NCBI GenBank assembly: GCA_963716175.1
Contig: OY970296.1
Coordinates: 2,208,001 to 2,272,000 of the forward strand
Direction: 5' to 3'
Source: an uncultured Armatimonadetes bacterium
Lineage (GTDB): Bacteria; Armatimonadota; Hebobacteria; Hebobacterales; Hebobacteraceae
DNA: 64,000 nt
The position numbers and the translations under genes are program-made. The notes under the pieces were generated by a model. That model was not told the origin of the DNA, made no database searches, and saw nothing but the letters and a program-made list of their open reading frames with translations. Below, piece after piece: positions 35,905 through 46,454 of this stretch (position 1 is the stretch's first letter; every line of letters begins with the position of its first letter).

Positions 35905-38895
35905 TCACCTCGGGCTCTCCTCCGAGGCCCCCGATAGGTCGTGCTGAGGCGGCTGTAGATCGGCTACGCAGACGGCTTCGGCAGGCGGTGCGTCGAACCT
36001 GATCTTCTCCTCGACCACAACGCGGGCAAGCGTCCGCAGTCGGGTCTCGTCCGCGTCCGGGTAGTGCTGCTTGGCAGCATCCACGTGGTCGGGAACGACC
36101 TGCTCGACCGACAGGATGAGAGGTCGGATGTCATGCAGTGTGCAGTTCCCGACGAGTTGCGCCACGATCACCTGGCCGTTGATCTCCAGTGACGCGATGA
36201 CGGGAATCTGCCCGAGAATCCCCACCAGATCGGGCTCGACGTCTTGGTGTCTCACCTGCCAGCCTGGGGTGATGCCGGGCAATGCAAGGCACTCGTCGTG
36301 CAACTGCCAAGGCACAAGTATCGTGTCTGGGCGGAAGTGCTTCCCTACTCGTGTCACCCCAGCATCGATCGCGGCAGCCAGTGACGCGGCGGTAGTGCGC
36401 TCAGGAGCACTCATAAGGCCCTTGATGATGAGATCGGTCTCGCGTGCGGCGACTGACCTGCCGAAGTTGTCAGTAAGGTTGATGCAGTGCGCTTTCGGGT
36501 CATCCGTGAAGGGGTCTTTGTCCATGATAAGGGCGAATCCGACCTTGGTCTGGTGTGAGCTGTCGAGTTCCGGACTGCTTCTAACACAGCCGAATCTGCG
36601 CAGCCATGATCGGATGCTACTGGCCTCAGCAGCACGCAGCCTGATCTCAGATTCGATGCCACGAACCTTCGCTTCGGAGATCGGCATAGCGGCTCTGCGC
36701 TGCGCCTCGTGCAGCTCATAGGCGGCAGCACTAGCGTGGACCCAAGCCTTGAATGCCGAGACTCGGATGGGGACGGGTGGCCCGATCACCCGACCCCATA
36801 TCTCGGCTTCCCCCCCGATTTGGTCAGCAACCTCCCCCAGAAGCTTCGCTGAGTGTGCGAGGGCCTCCGCGGGGATCGCCGGGGGAGAGGTTACCTGTTC
36901 GTCTTGCAGAGACAACGCTCTCATGGCCGAGACCGCCAGGGCCCATGTAGGTCCGGTAGTCGTGTCGACCCAGTGCCCTCGCCTGGTATCATACTCTGGC
37001 GAGTCCTCCAGCATTCGTCTCACGGAACCTGGCATGTCCACCACTTCGGATACCGTCTCGAATGAACGTGTAAGGTCCTCCACGCTGTGGGGCAGAGGCT
37101 GCGTCGCGTTGAGCAGACGCTGCGCCTGCTCCGCATCAATCTGCTTCTGACTGAATCTACCGACGATGAACCCTGCCAGAGCCAGTGCGTAGAGCCGCGG
37201 GAGCGCGGTCATCTTCTCTCCAAAGTCACGGACGGCGTCCGCTAACGCGCCTGTGTCACGTGACGACTGTACTGACCTGAGACTGCGGTCACCGCTTTCC
37301 GCGATATGAACACACAGCTGCATCAACTCATCGGTGTCCCGAAACTCGACCGCGAGCTTAGCCATGTCAGCCAGGACGTCCATGGCATGAAGTGTCATCG
37401 CGCCGATATTGACCAGATGCGTCAGCCTGGACTCGTCCAGTCTGCGCCACTCGGAGAGCTGAGGGCGTAGGTGATAGTCAAGCAGATCGCGTACGTACCT
37501 GTGGCATCTGTCCTTCGTGATCACGCTACCGGCCTGGAGGCCCTCGTAGTACATCCCCAGGTAGATCCCGCAGAATCGAGTGAAAGTCATCAGGTCGCCG
37601 CGGGTAACTGCCGCCTGAAGCATGCCGTAGAGGTCGTACGTAAGCTGGCCGATGAAGTCGGGTTCGCCTGACTTGACGACCGCCCGACCAAGGTCCCGTA
37701 GATGAATCTCCACAAGGCGGACACAGTGGAACTCGGAGAAGGGCTCCGACACTTGATCCGGCCCAAACATCAGCCCGACCCGCTCCAGCCGGGCCCCCAG
37801 GTCCTCGATAGCACTCGTCATCGTGCGTACCGCGGTCCTGAACGCAGGTATATCCGCCGACCGCAACGCGTTCATTGCCATAAGCTTCAGTACGTCCAAG
37901 CAGGGCCGCACGTCGGGCCCGGTGTATGACCTGCTTAGCACGACGCACCGGTCCACGAGCCGCTCCAGCCTGGCAACCAATGGCTGTGCGTGGAACGTGG
38001 CAAGAGCATCGCTCCCGGCCTTGATAGATTGTCCGAGCCTCACTAGGAGAGCCGGCTTCTGTCCAGTCTGTGAGTCGTCGGGCCGCGCTCCTACGACCTT
38101 CGCTAACCGACGCAGAGCGCCGAGATCCACATCAACTACGGTGCCACTGCGCCGAGCTACGACACGTGTTTGGTCCGCAGTGGCTGGCTCGGAGCCGAAC
38201 AGGTTCCAGCGGATGCCGACGCTTTCACACTCCCCGCGAAGGATGTTGTGTGCGGCCCTGAAGAGGATGTCATGGTAGACGTGGTTGCGAACCGCCCTTT
38301 CCGTCCGAGCAGAGATTGCACGCGCGGCGTAATCGTGGTCCAGCAGCCTTAGCACTCGCGCGGTGAACGCGACGGTACGCAAGGCTAGTGCAAGAGCCAC
38401 CAGCGGTGCTAGTATCAGCGCGTCACAGAGGACCGCGGAGTCATCAGGCTTCAGCCCAGTGGCTGCCCTCGTAGCGCCGAGGAAGGCAACGACCGCGATC
38501 ACATACCCGATCAACTCTATTGGACGCCGCGCTGCCAGCGGGCCGAATGCAAGGCCCAGTTGCGGCTGCCTCTCAACCCAACCTGCGAGGAAGATCGTGA
38601 ACGGTATCACCAACCCGACGAATGTCACCGTCACCTGGGTCCAGAATTGGACGAGTTCTGATACCGCCGACAGACGCCACTCCGCGGGGATGACTGCCAG
38701 ACGCGGGAACTCAACCCAGCGCGCCGCCACAAACCAGACCGCGGCCAGCAGCCAGAGACTCCAGCCTAGCCAGAAGTCCAGGTCGTCGCGCAGCTTGGCC
38801 AGGAACTGACCGCGTGCGAGTTCCTCGTAGATGCCGTGCTGTTTCAGCAGCTTGACGGCCGCGCCTCGTGCTGTCCTGCGCCGTCGCCAAGTCAC
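35905..38895 (-). CDS. Large membrane protein: DUF2254-like N-terminus and putative HK97-fold C-terminus
   Basis: About 4 TM segments, SGTVVDVD.GAL and a DVR..L.VL..MA.NAL pattern (DUF2254-like). See finding for the C-terminus. Confidence 0.7.
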   Translation of the reverse strand: MTWRRRRTARGAAVKLLKQHGIYEELARGQFLAKLRDDLDFWLGWSLWLLAAVWFVAARWVEFPRLAVIPAEWRLSAVSELVQFWTQVTVTFVGLVIPFTIFLAGWVERQPQLGLAFGPLAARRPIELIGYVIAVVAFLGATRAATGLKPDDSAVLCDALILAPLVALALALRTVAFTARVLRLLDHDYAARAISARTERAVRNHVYHDILFRAAHNILRGECESVGIRWNLFGSEPATADQTRVVARRSGTVVDVDLGALRRLAKVVGARPDDSQTGQKPALLVRLGQSIKAGSDALATFHAQPLVARLERLVDRCVVLSRSYTGPDVRPCLDVLKLMAMNALRSADIPAFRTAVRTMTSAIEDLGARLERVGLMFGPDQVSEPFSEFHCVRLVEIHLRDLGRAVVKSGEPDFIGQLTYDLYGMLQAAVTRGDLMTFTRFCGIYLGMYYEGLQAGSVITKDRCHRYVRDLLDYHLRPQLSEWRRLDESRLTHLVNIGAMTLHAMDVLADMAKLAVEFRDTDELMQLCVHIAESGDRSLRSVQSSRDTGALADAVRDFGEKMTALPRLYALALAGFIVGRFSQKQIDAEQAQRLLNATQPLPHSVEDLTRSFETVSEVVDMPGSVRRMLEDSPEYDTRRGHWVDTTTGPTWALAVSAMRALSLQDEQVTSPPAIPAEALAHSAKLLGEVADQIGGEAEIWGRVIGPPVPIRVSAFKAWVHASAAAYELHEAQRRAAMPISEAKVRGIESEIRLRAAEASSIRSWLRRFGCVRSSPELDSSHQTKVGFALIMDKDPFTDDPKAHCINLTDNFGRSVAARETDLIIKGLMSAPERTTAASLAAAIDAGVTRVGKHFRPDTILVPWQLHDECLALPGITPGWQVRHQDVEPDLVGILGQIPVIASLEINGQVIVAQLVGNCTLHDIRPLILSVEQVVPDHVDAAKQHYPDADETRLRTLARVVVEEKIRFDAPPAEAVCVADLQPPQHDLSGASEESPR

Positions 38896-38928
38896 TGAGT
38901 GGCTCGATCCATGCCGGCGTCTCCTTGG

Positions 38929-41616
38929 CTAAGGCAGTTCCTGCGCGCTAGTCACGACCTTGTAGTTCACCCCAAGTGCGCCCCCAAAATGCTTCTCCCC
39001 GCATTCGATCTTCCGGCGTTCGTCGGGCCTGAGTCTGGAGCGGTCGGTCGTGTCCTTCGTTTCGCGGACCAGGTACAGGAGAGGCCGGCCGCGTGCGTCG
39101 CCGTGCTCATCACGATCCTCCATGACGATGGCCCAGTCGGGGTTGTACTCGCCCACCGGCGTCGGCACCGTGAACCACGAGGGCAGCTTGAGATACAGGC
39201 GCACATCGTCTCGCCGCTCCAGCCCTCGCACGAACTCGCGCTCCGTCTCGGACTCGAAGATCACGTGGTCATACACAGAGCGTTTGGCCGGCACCAGGTA
39301 CTGCTCCCAACTCTCGATCTCGCCATCGAACTGGCACATCTCATACCACTCGTCGATCCGCTCGTACTGGATTCCGGCGACGAGCTGGTCGGCCAGCTTC
39401 TCCTTGGCGATGCGAACCGCCTCGGTGGCGAAGCCGTGGGGGTTGTCGAGCGCGGCCTGCTTCTGCGCACTGCGACGGAAGATCTCCAGCAGCGTCCGCC
39501 GAGTCAGCCGAACGGGCGGCGTAGTGTGAAGCAGAAGATGCTCCATCAGCCCGACCAGATTGGGTGAGACGTACCTCCCACGCAGCTCGATAACCGTCCT
39601 GGTCGCGGTTGCCTGGCGTGCCACGAACTCGTCTGCGCCTTCGACTTCCAGCTGCGCCTTGGTGATGGTGACCCGGGGTGGCGCAATGGTGATCCTGTCC
39701 AACTCCGCCACGACCTCGGCGATCAGGCGCTCGGAGTCGATCCTGACGGCGTAGCGCGTCTTCTGCTTGATCTTGTCCCACAGATCTCTGAACTCGGGCC
39801 GCAGCGTGTATTGCTTGCGCAGTCGAGCGGTTCGGCGCTTCCGCGCGTTGGCCGGCTTCGGCGGCAGACCTTCCATGCCGTACTCCGCCTCGATCTCGGA
39901 TTGCAGACGCTCGACATAGCGCTCGTAGCTCTCGTTCGCGACCACAGTCAGGACGTTGATCTGCTCATCGTGTACTCTGTCGCCGTTCTGGTTGACGGCA
40001 AGGCGCACGCCCCTGCCCACCTCCTGCCGCTTCTTCATCTCTGAGACAGTCTGGTTGAGCGTACAGATCTGGAAGACGTTTGGGTTGTCCCACCCCTCGC
40101 GGAGCGCCGAGTGCGAGAAGATGAACGCGGTCGGCTCATCAAATGAGAGCAGGCGTTCTTTCTCCTGCATGATCAGTTCGTATGCTTCTCGGTCCCGTTC
40201 GGCTTCGCCGGTCCTGCTGTCCTCGTAGACGACCTGACCGGCGCGGGTGCGGCGCTGAGCGAAGTAGGCTGCTTGGACAGCGGCCGCGTCGACCTCCCGG
40301 AAGCCTGAATGCTGGGCCTTCAGGTCAGTGAACGCCTCGTTGAAGAGCCGACGGATGATACCGTCCTCCCGAACATAGTTGTCGACTCGGTCGATGAAGA
40401 ACAGAGAGAGCACTTTGATGCCGGCGGCGCGCAGTCGCGCCTGCTTGCGCATGTGCGCTTCCACCGTGTACCGGATCTGGGCCGCGAAGATAGCGTCCTT
40501 GTCGGCGCCTTTGGTCTCGCCGAGGCGGAGTTCGTCGTCATTCGCGAAGGTCACCACGCCCGCGGCCGCGTCGATCTCGTCCACCACAAACGGGGCGTAC
40601 TCCGGTCGCCCGGCCTTCTCCTCAAGGCGGTCGCCAGGGTGGGCCGTGACCACCTGCTCCTTGACCGTACCGTTCTTCATCAGCTTGTGGAGCGCGATGC
40701 GCGCGGTAAGCGTTCGCTTTTCGGCGCGAATCTGGTCCAGGCGAAGGAAGGGAAGGTTCTCATCGTCTGACTGGACGACCGACCCTACCTCTATCCGCTT
40801 GACCAGTCCCTGTCGGTAGGCCTCGAACGGCGTGAGTCGGTAGACGACGTTGTAGGGATTGCGATGGGTGGCGCTGTAGCGCAGGGCAAATAGCGGATCG
40901 AGCGCGGCCAGCGCGCGCACGCGCAGTTCGCTCTCCATATTCTGGGGTTCGTCCAATATCAACACGGGGCGGGCTGCCTGAACCAAGTGGATCGGCGTCT
41001 CGCCCTGCAAACGATCGGTGCTCTGGCGGATGACATTCGACGCCTTGTTGAAGGAGTCAATCGTCATCACCATGATCTCGACACCGTCGGAAAGAGCGAA
41101 CTGCCGCACCTGGGAAAGATTGGCCGAGTCGTACACGTAGTAGCGGTAGGGCGTATTCCCGTAGAGCTCGCGTAGATGCTTCTCCGTTACCTTGAGCGCC
41201 TTGAGCACGCCCTCCCTCACGGCCACGGACGGCACCACGGCGATGAACTTCCGCAGACCATATCGCCGGTGGAGCTCGAGCGCCGTGCGCAGGTAAACGT
41301 AGGTCTTTCCGGTTCCGGTCTCCATCTCCACGGAGAAGTTCCCGAAGCGCACCTGCTTGTTGCCCTCGACCGTCTCGATGCTCTCCTCGATGACCTGCAA
41401 CGCGTCGTCGGTGGGCAGCCCGTTCTCGCGCTGGACGGCCTGGAGGTTGGAGAGTAGGGCCGCCTCGTCCAGGTCAAGCCGGTTCGGCACGGCGGCGAAG
41501 CCACCGAGCGAGAACGACAGGTCGGCCTCGTTGCGAGGCTGGCCCTCGAGCAGCCCCGCCACTGCCTCGATGGCCCGGATTTGGTATTCCTGGTTGGCGT
41601 CGAACTTGAACTGCAT
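38929..41616 (-). CDS. res: Type III restriction enzyme Res subunit
   Basis: EMETGTGKT, ILDEPQ, RYSAT, LREGWDNPN, QEVGRG, YNPDW..VRETK. Confidence 0.95.
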   Translation of the reverse strand: MQFKFDANQEYQIRAIEAVAGLLEGQPRNEADLSFSLGGFAAVPNRLDLDEAALLSNLQAVQRENGLPTDDALQVIEESIETVEGNKQVRFGNFSVEMETGTGKTYVYLRTALELHRRYGLRKFIAVVPSVAVREGVLKALKVTEKHLRELYGNTPYRYYVYDSANLSQVRQFALSDGVEIMVMTIDSFNKASNVIRQSTDRLQGETPIHLVQAARPVLILDEPQNMESELRVRALAALDPLFALRYSATHRNPYNVVYRLTPFEAYRQGLVKRIEVGSVVQSDDENLPFLRLDQIRAEKRTLTARIALHKLMKNGTVKEQVVTAHPGDRLEEKAGRPEYAPFVVDEIDAAAGVVTFANDDELRLGETKGADKDAIFAAQIRYTVEAHMRKQARLRAAGIKVLSLFFIDRVDNYVREDGIIRRLFNEAFTDLKAQHSGFREVDAAAVQAAYFAQRRTRAGQVVYEDSRTGEAERDREAYELIMQEKERLLSFDEPTAFIFSHSALREGWDNPNVFQICTLNQTVSEMKKRQEVGRGVRLAVNQNGDRVHDEQINVLTVVANESYERYVERLQSEIEAEYGMEGLPPKPANARKRRTARLRKQYTLRPEFRDLWDKIKQKTRYAVRIDSERLIAEVVAELDRITIAPPRVTITKAQLEVEGADEFVARQATATRTVIELRGRYVSPNLVGLMEHLLLHTTPPVRLTRRTLLEIFRRSAQKQAALDNPHGFATEAVRIAKEKLADQLVAGIQYERIDEWYEMCQFDGEIESWEQYLVPAKRSVYDHVIFESETEREFVRGLERRDDVRLYLKLPSWFTVPTPVGEYNPDWAIVMEDRDEHGDARGRPLLYLVRETKDTTDRSRLRPDERRKIECGEKHFGGALGVNYKVVTSAQELP

Positions 41617-41626
41617 CCCAGGTCCC

Positions 41627-43519
41627 TCAGATCGCCTTCAGCCTGCACTGCAGGGCCAGGTTCGCTGCCAGGCTGTCGTCGAGCGCGACGTCCCGGCAGA
41701 TGAACAGATCATCCCTCTCAAGATTGAGGCTTCGGATCGCCTCGGGGTCAAGCGTAGCATCCAGGCAGATACGGAAGCTCTGCTCCTTGTCTGGGTCGGT
41801 CACTCGCCAAAATGTGTTGCCAGAAGTATCCTCGACTCGCTCGACCTGGCAGTTCAGACCGAAGCCCTCTTTGACCGCGACCTCCCAGATCACCCGCTCA
41901 GGCATCCAGCCGTCCACCAGGGGGTCGGAGAGCATGCCCATCTGCGACGCGTAAGTCTCAGGTGCGTCGCCGGAGGGCGGCGTCCATTGTCGGAAGCTCG
42001 ACTCGGTCAGTCTGTAGACGCGGAATCCCAGATCCTCGGGACTCTCACGCTGGTCGAGGCTTTGCTGGCCACCGTCAGCGTTCTCAAACTTCCGGATCAC
42101 GCGTCGAATGCGCTCCCTGCCGATATCGGCGATGGTGCGCAGTTCGACTCCGTTGTCCAGTGGTTTCGGAGCATCGAGCGGCTCGGGTAACTGCACCATG
42201 ACGAAACGCCTGTCGCCACCGTCTTCGCGGTTCTGCTCAAGGACGGCCTGGGCCGTTGTGCAGGAGCCGGCAAAGAAATCGAGTACGACATCTCCGTGCT
42301 CAGCGTCCATCCCAATGTTAAGCAAGCGCTTCATGAGGGCGACCGGCTTCGGGAACTGCATCACGACCTGACCATCGAATAGGCTGGTCAGGTCGTCCGT
42401 CCCGTGCTGTGTGTATATGCCGTCGATTATGGAGAACGGCTTCATGCCACGTTTCTCCCCGCTCTCGTCTCTCAGGTACTGCTTGTACGACACAGTGACT
42501 GAGTCCCCGTCTCCAGTGAAGACGATCTCGTCGTTCGCCACAGCGCGCATCACGCGATCTTTGCCCCACCACCACTGACGCCTCGGCCAGACTTCACCGC
42601 CCTGCGGAAGCGGGATCGGGAACACCAGGTTGTCCCGCCTGTCCATGCTTTTCGTCGCCTCGAGCGGCTTCAAGCGGTACGGACCTCTGGTTTCGATCTT
42701 GCCATCTCGGTACTTGTAGTACCGCCGCTCCGTTTCAGGGTCGGGGGGCAGCCACAGATCCTCAAGGAGATCGCCTGCACGGGCATAGAGAAGGATGTAC
42801 TCGTGCTGGGTAACCGCGTACTTCTCTTTGGCACCGCCACCGTAGCTCTTCTTCCAGACGAAACACTCGATGCGGTTCTCCTCCCCGAACACCTCGTTCA
42901 TCAGCATGCGAAGATTGTGGACTTCGTTGTCGTCTACGGAGGCGAAGATCACGCCATCCTCGCAAAGCAACTGGCGCGCTAGGAAGAGCCGTGGGTACAT
43001 CATGGACAGCCATGCCGAGTGATAGCGGCCGCTCGTCTCTGGATTCGTGTTGAGGAGATTGCCTTCGGTATCCTTCTGGCCGGTGAGCTGAAGGTACCTG
43101 TCCAGCGGGTCGGCATAGTTATCGGGGTACACGAAGTCGTTGCCCGTGTTATACGGCGGGTCAATGTAGATCATCTTCACCCGCCCGAAGTAGGCCTTAT
43201 AGAGGAGCTTGAGCACCTCCAGGTTCTCGCCCTCGATGAACGCATGCTGCGTGTTCTCCCAGTTCGCCGACTCTTCGGGGCACGGATTCAGAGCGGCCCG
43301 GCTGGGGGTCTGGAGAGCGCGAATGGCGTCCTGCTTGCCCGCCCATGTGAAGGAGTAACGCTCGGGCCGTTCGTCCACGATCTCGCCGAGCGTGGCGCGC
43401 AGGCGGTCCCAATCCACTCGTCCCTCGGAGAAGGCATCGGGGAAGATAGCACTCAACCGCTCGATCTGGTCAGCGATCAGATCGGGCGAAGTCCTTGCGA
43501 CCTTCTCGGCTTTGCTCAT
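41627..43519 (-). CDS. mod: Type III R-M Mod (adenine methyltransferase)
   Basis: IEGENL, IYIDPPYNTG, FPKP, VLDFFAGS. Confidence 0.95.
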   Translation of the reverse strand: MSKAEKVARTSPDLIADQIERLSAIFPDAFSEGRVDWDRLRATLGEIVDERPERYSFTWAGKQDAIRALQTPSRAALNPCPEESANWENTQHAFIEGENLEVLKLLYKAYFGRVKMIYIDPPYNTGNDFVYPDNYADPLDRYLQLTGQKDTEGNLLNTNPETSGRYHSAWLSMMYPRLFLARQLLCEDGVIFASVDDNEVHNLRMLMNEVFGEENRIECFVWKKSYGGGAKEKYAVTQHEYILLYARAGDLLEDLWLPPDPETERRYYKYRDGKIETRGPYRLKPLEATKSMDRRDNLVFPIPLPQGGEVWPRRQWWWGKDRVMRAVANDEIVFTGDGDSVTVSYKQYLRDESGEKRGMKPFSIIDGIYTQHGTDDLTSLFDGQVVMQFPKPVALMKRLLNIGMDAEHGDVVLDFFAGSCTTAQAVLEQNREDGGDRRFVMVQLPEPLDAPKPLDNGVELRTIADIGRERIRRVIRKFENADGGQQSLDQRESPEDLGFRVYRLTESSFRQWTPPSGDAPETYASQMGMLSDPLVDGWMPERVIWEVAVKEGFGLNCQVERVEDTSGNTFWRVTDPDKEQSFRICLDATLDPEAIRSLNLERDDLFICRDVALDDSLAANLALQCRLKAI

Positions 43520-43749
43520 GCTCGCCTCCTTCGTGCAGACTGCGCGGGCACGTTCGCCTGCGCAAGTTGCACCAGGAACGCTTCAAGGTCCTCGCGCCGG
43601 TAGAGTCGGTAGCGGTTCATCGGGTTGCGGATCGCGGTGAGTTTCCCGGCGCGATCCCACGCACGCAGAGTGCTGGTCGAAACTCCGAGCAACTCCGCCG
43701 CTTCATGAATCGTCAGGTAGTCCTGGATCGTGCGCACGATCTCCCTCAC
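43516..43749 (-). CDS. MerR-type HTH regulator, translationally coupled to mod
   Basis: YLTIHEAAELLGVSTSTLRAWD..GKL...RNP.NRYRLY. ATGA overlap with mod. Confidence 0.85.
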   Translation of the reverse strand: MREIVRTIQDYLTIHEAAELLGVSTSTLRAWDRAGKLTAIRNPMNRYRLYRREDLEAFLVQLAQANVPAQSARRRRA

Positions 43750-43767
43750 ACCCCCTCGTAGCTTGGG

Positions 43768-43800
43768 TGACATTATGTGAGGTTGCACGCGCAATGTCAA
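43768..43800 (-). promoter_or_regulatory. Promoter with an overlapping inverted-repeat operator
   Basis: TTGACA-17 bp-CATAAT on the minus strand. TGACATT(43768)/AATGTCA(43793) arms cover the -10 and -35. Confidence 0.7.
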
Positions 43801-44036
43801 ACGCTGCCAGCGAGGCGCCGGGTGGCCGCCGTGACCGGCCGGTCTCGGAACACGCGAGTCGCGGTCGGACGCGGGGCTCGGCGTATCAGAACCCGGTGAT
43901 CACAGTTGGCGCGCTCCATTAGCAGGACTGCCACTCATCCCGCCGAAGCGTCCTCGGCGACGGCCCCGCGGTTCCCTTAGCTCCGGCTGGCGGCGCTCGG
44001 GGGTACCCACGAGCTGAGGCAGGAGGGGGAGACAGA

Positions 44037-46454
44037 ATGGCTGTTGCCAAGCCACGCTCGTTTCCGCTGTACGATAGGGCCCGCCAGGCTGGTGTCCTGG
44101 ACGACGGCAGCGCTCTTATCGTTGCACCAACAGCGACGGGCAAGAGCTACATCGGCCGCATGATTCTTCGCCAAGCAGTGGGGAACCACGAGCCGGGCAC
44201 CCATGCCTATCTTGTCCCGTATCGCGCCCTGGCGGCCGAGATGTATGACTCCTTCCAGCATGAGTTAGCGGCTGACCAGCTGGAGGCTCGCGTACGGGTG
44301 GCGACAGGAGACTACACAGACCCCATCCAGCCTCAGGAGACCGATATCCTGATCGCCACCTACGAACGATTCGCGGCGCTGATGCGCATGCCAGAGCTAG
44401 CGCTTGGGCGGGTGGTGGTAGATGAGGTCCATTTGGTGGCCGATCAGACGCGCGGGCCGGTGCTGGAGGGGCTGCTGGCGCGCATGGAGAGCCACAAGCG
44501 GCCACGCTCGTTGTGCGCGCTTTCGGCGGTGGTAGCGAATCCGGAGGCGTTGGGCCAATGGCTAGGGGTGCCGGTGTTGCTCGGCACCGCGGAGGACCGC
44601 GCGGTGGCGGTGGACATGCACTGCGAGGAGACCGATGACCTGGATACCGCCCTAGGTCAGGAAGTGCAGTCTGTGCTGCAGCACGGAGATCAGGCCGTCA
44701 TCTTCTGTCACTCTAAGGCCTCGTCGCAGCGCCTGGCGCGTGACTTGCAGCAGGTCGTGGCAGGATACCTCACAGATGACGACAGAGGGGAACTGCGCGA
44801 TCTGGTGGCGCGGGTTTCCGAGGATGATGAAGACGCAAAAGACCTGCACGCATTGCTATCAGGTGGCGTCGCCTTCCACCATGCCGGACTCTCCCGCGAG
44901 TCACGTGCGGCGGTAGAGAGCGCCTTTCGCGAGCGACACCTCAAGGTGATCGCGTGCACGCCCACGCTCGCCGCAGGGGTGAATCTTCCAGCGCGCCTAG
45001 TGGTTGTGCGCGACGTGTTCCGCACAGAGTTCACCCGCGGTTTCCCGCAGGCGGTGATGCTGTCGACGGGGGAGCTGCTCAACATGCTGGGCCGAGCGGG
45101 ACGCCCAGGGCAGGTCGAGAGCGGACGCGGTGTGGCCCTCGTCAAGAACGGTGATCTGGAGAAGGACGAACTGCGGGAGCTTCAGGTGGCGATCCGGGAA
45201 GGCCGCGGCAATCCCGTGACGAGCCGTCTGCCAGACTCCTTCGACGCGCTGATGCGGTTCCTGCTCTCCGTGGCGGCCGACCGTGGCGAGGCAACGCTGG
45301 CGGACCTGGCGGCGGCGGTGAAGGGCACGCTCTGGTTCCGGGAAGACCCGGACGAGATCGTCTTCGACCGGCCCTTCGAGGCCGATATCATGGAGGACAT
45401 CGAGTCGTACGCTCGCGTCACGCCGGACATGCGCGTCGAACGAGCCTGGCCCGTAGCGGACGGAGTGGCGGGGTCCGTGGCCTCTGGCGACAAACTCTAC
45501 AACTTCAGCCTCCGTTTCAGCGGAGAGGACTGCACGTGCCCGGCGAAAGCCAAGTGGCAGCGGCGCAACATCTGCAAGCACCTCGCCTGCGCTATCCACA
45601 ACCTGCTGTTCGGCACCGGCGTCGATGCGGAAGTGCGCAGCCGCGCCATCTATGCCTCCGCGCACCGGTTCCGGCGGACGCTCAATCTGGGCACGAAGAT
45701 CCAGCAGGCAGTGCGACTGCTCGACGCATGGAAACTGCTTGAGCCCGTGCCGGGCGCCTACCAGGCAACGCCGGTCGGCGCGCTCGCGGCGAACTCGAGC
45801 CTCGACTTGCTTCTCATACGTGTCGCTGATGAACGCATCCGCGGGTGCCGCCGCGTGCCGACGCCGAAGGAGGTGGCAGGCTGGATCGTGGAGGATTACT
45901 TCGGCGATACTGCCAAACGCGAGCGTTGGGAGCGAGCAGTGGAGCCCTGGGTCGACGAGGTGGAGGAGCGGCGCATCAAGCTCCCCGAAAAGTACCGCGG
46001 CGACTTTGAGCGGGGTCTGGAGCAGCTCGGCCAAGTGGCCTCGCTCTATGGCGAGATCGCAGAGAGCCTGGGTAAGCCGGAGGTGGCCCAGGTGTGCCGG
46101 CTCACCCGCGGCTGTCTCCAGTATGGCGTGGCGCTAGAGCTGATCCCGCTGGCCGCGCTGCGCATCCCGCAACTCGGTCGCGCACGCTGCCGCTTCCTCT
46201 ACGACGACCGCGGCATTCGTGGCCTAGAGGAGCTGGCACACGCCGATCCGCAGGCGCTGGCGGGCCCGCGTGCCCCTGCCAGCATTGCGCAACAGTGGGT
46301 GGAGACGGCGCGAGGCATGTGGCAAGCGCGTGGGCATGTGCTCAGGCTGCCAGAGGAAGACCGGGCCAGGGGCATCGACGACTTCCTCTCGCAGTTCCAG
46401 GTCGATCAGCTCTCGCTCTTCGGCGAGAACGGCGTGATGGGTGAGGCGGCGTGA
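44037..46454 (+). CDS. Ski2/Hel308-like SF2 helicase with an internal SWIM zinc finger
   Basis: APTATGKS, DEVH, HHAG, TPTLAAGVNLPA, MLGRAGRP, CTCP...CKH and a C-terminal HhH-like segment. Confidence 0.88.
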   Translation: MAVAKPRSFPLYDRARQAGVLDDGSALIVAPTATGKSYIGRMILRQAVGNHEPGTHAYLVPYRALAAEMYDSFQHELAADQLEARVRVATGDYTDPIQPQETDILIATYERFAALMRMPELALGRVVVDEVHLVADQTRGPVLEGLLARMESHKRPRSLCALSAVVANPEALGQWLGVPVLLGTAEDRAVAVDMHCEETDDLDTALGQEVQSVLQHGDQAVIFCHSKASSQRLARDLQQVVAGYLTDDDRGELRDLVARVSEDDEDAKDLHALLSGGVAFHHAGLSRESRAAVESAFRERHLKVIACTPTLAAGVNLPARLVVVRDVFRTEFTRGFPQAVMLSTGELLNMLGRAGRPGQVESGRGVALVKNGDLEKDELRELQVAIREGRGNPVTSRLPDSFDALMRFLLSVAADRGEATLADLAAAVKGTLWFREDPDEIVFDRPFEADIMEDIESYARVTPDMRVERAWPVADGVAGSVASGDKLYNFSLRFSGEDCTCPAKAKWQRRNICKHLACAIHNLLFGTGVDAEVRSRAIYASAHRFRRTLNLGTKIQQAVRLLDAWKLLEPVPGAYQATPVGALAANSSLDLLLIRVADERIRGCRRVPTPKEVAGWIVEDYFGDTAKRERWERAVEPWVDEVEERRIKLPEKYRGDFERGLEQLGQVASLYGEIAESLGKPEVAQVCRLTRGCLQYGVALELIPLAALRIPQLGRARCRFLYDDRGIRGLEELAHADPQALAGPRAPASIAQQWVETARGMWQARGHVLRLPEEDRARGIDDFLSQFQVDQLSLFGENGVMGEAA

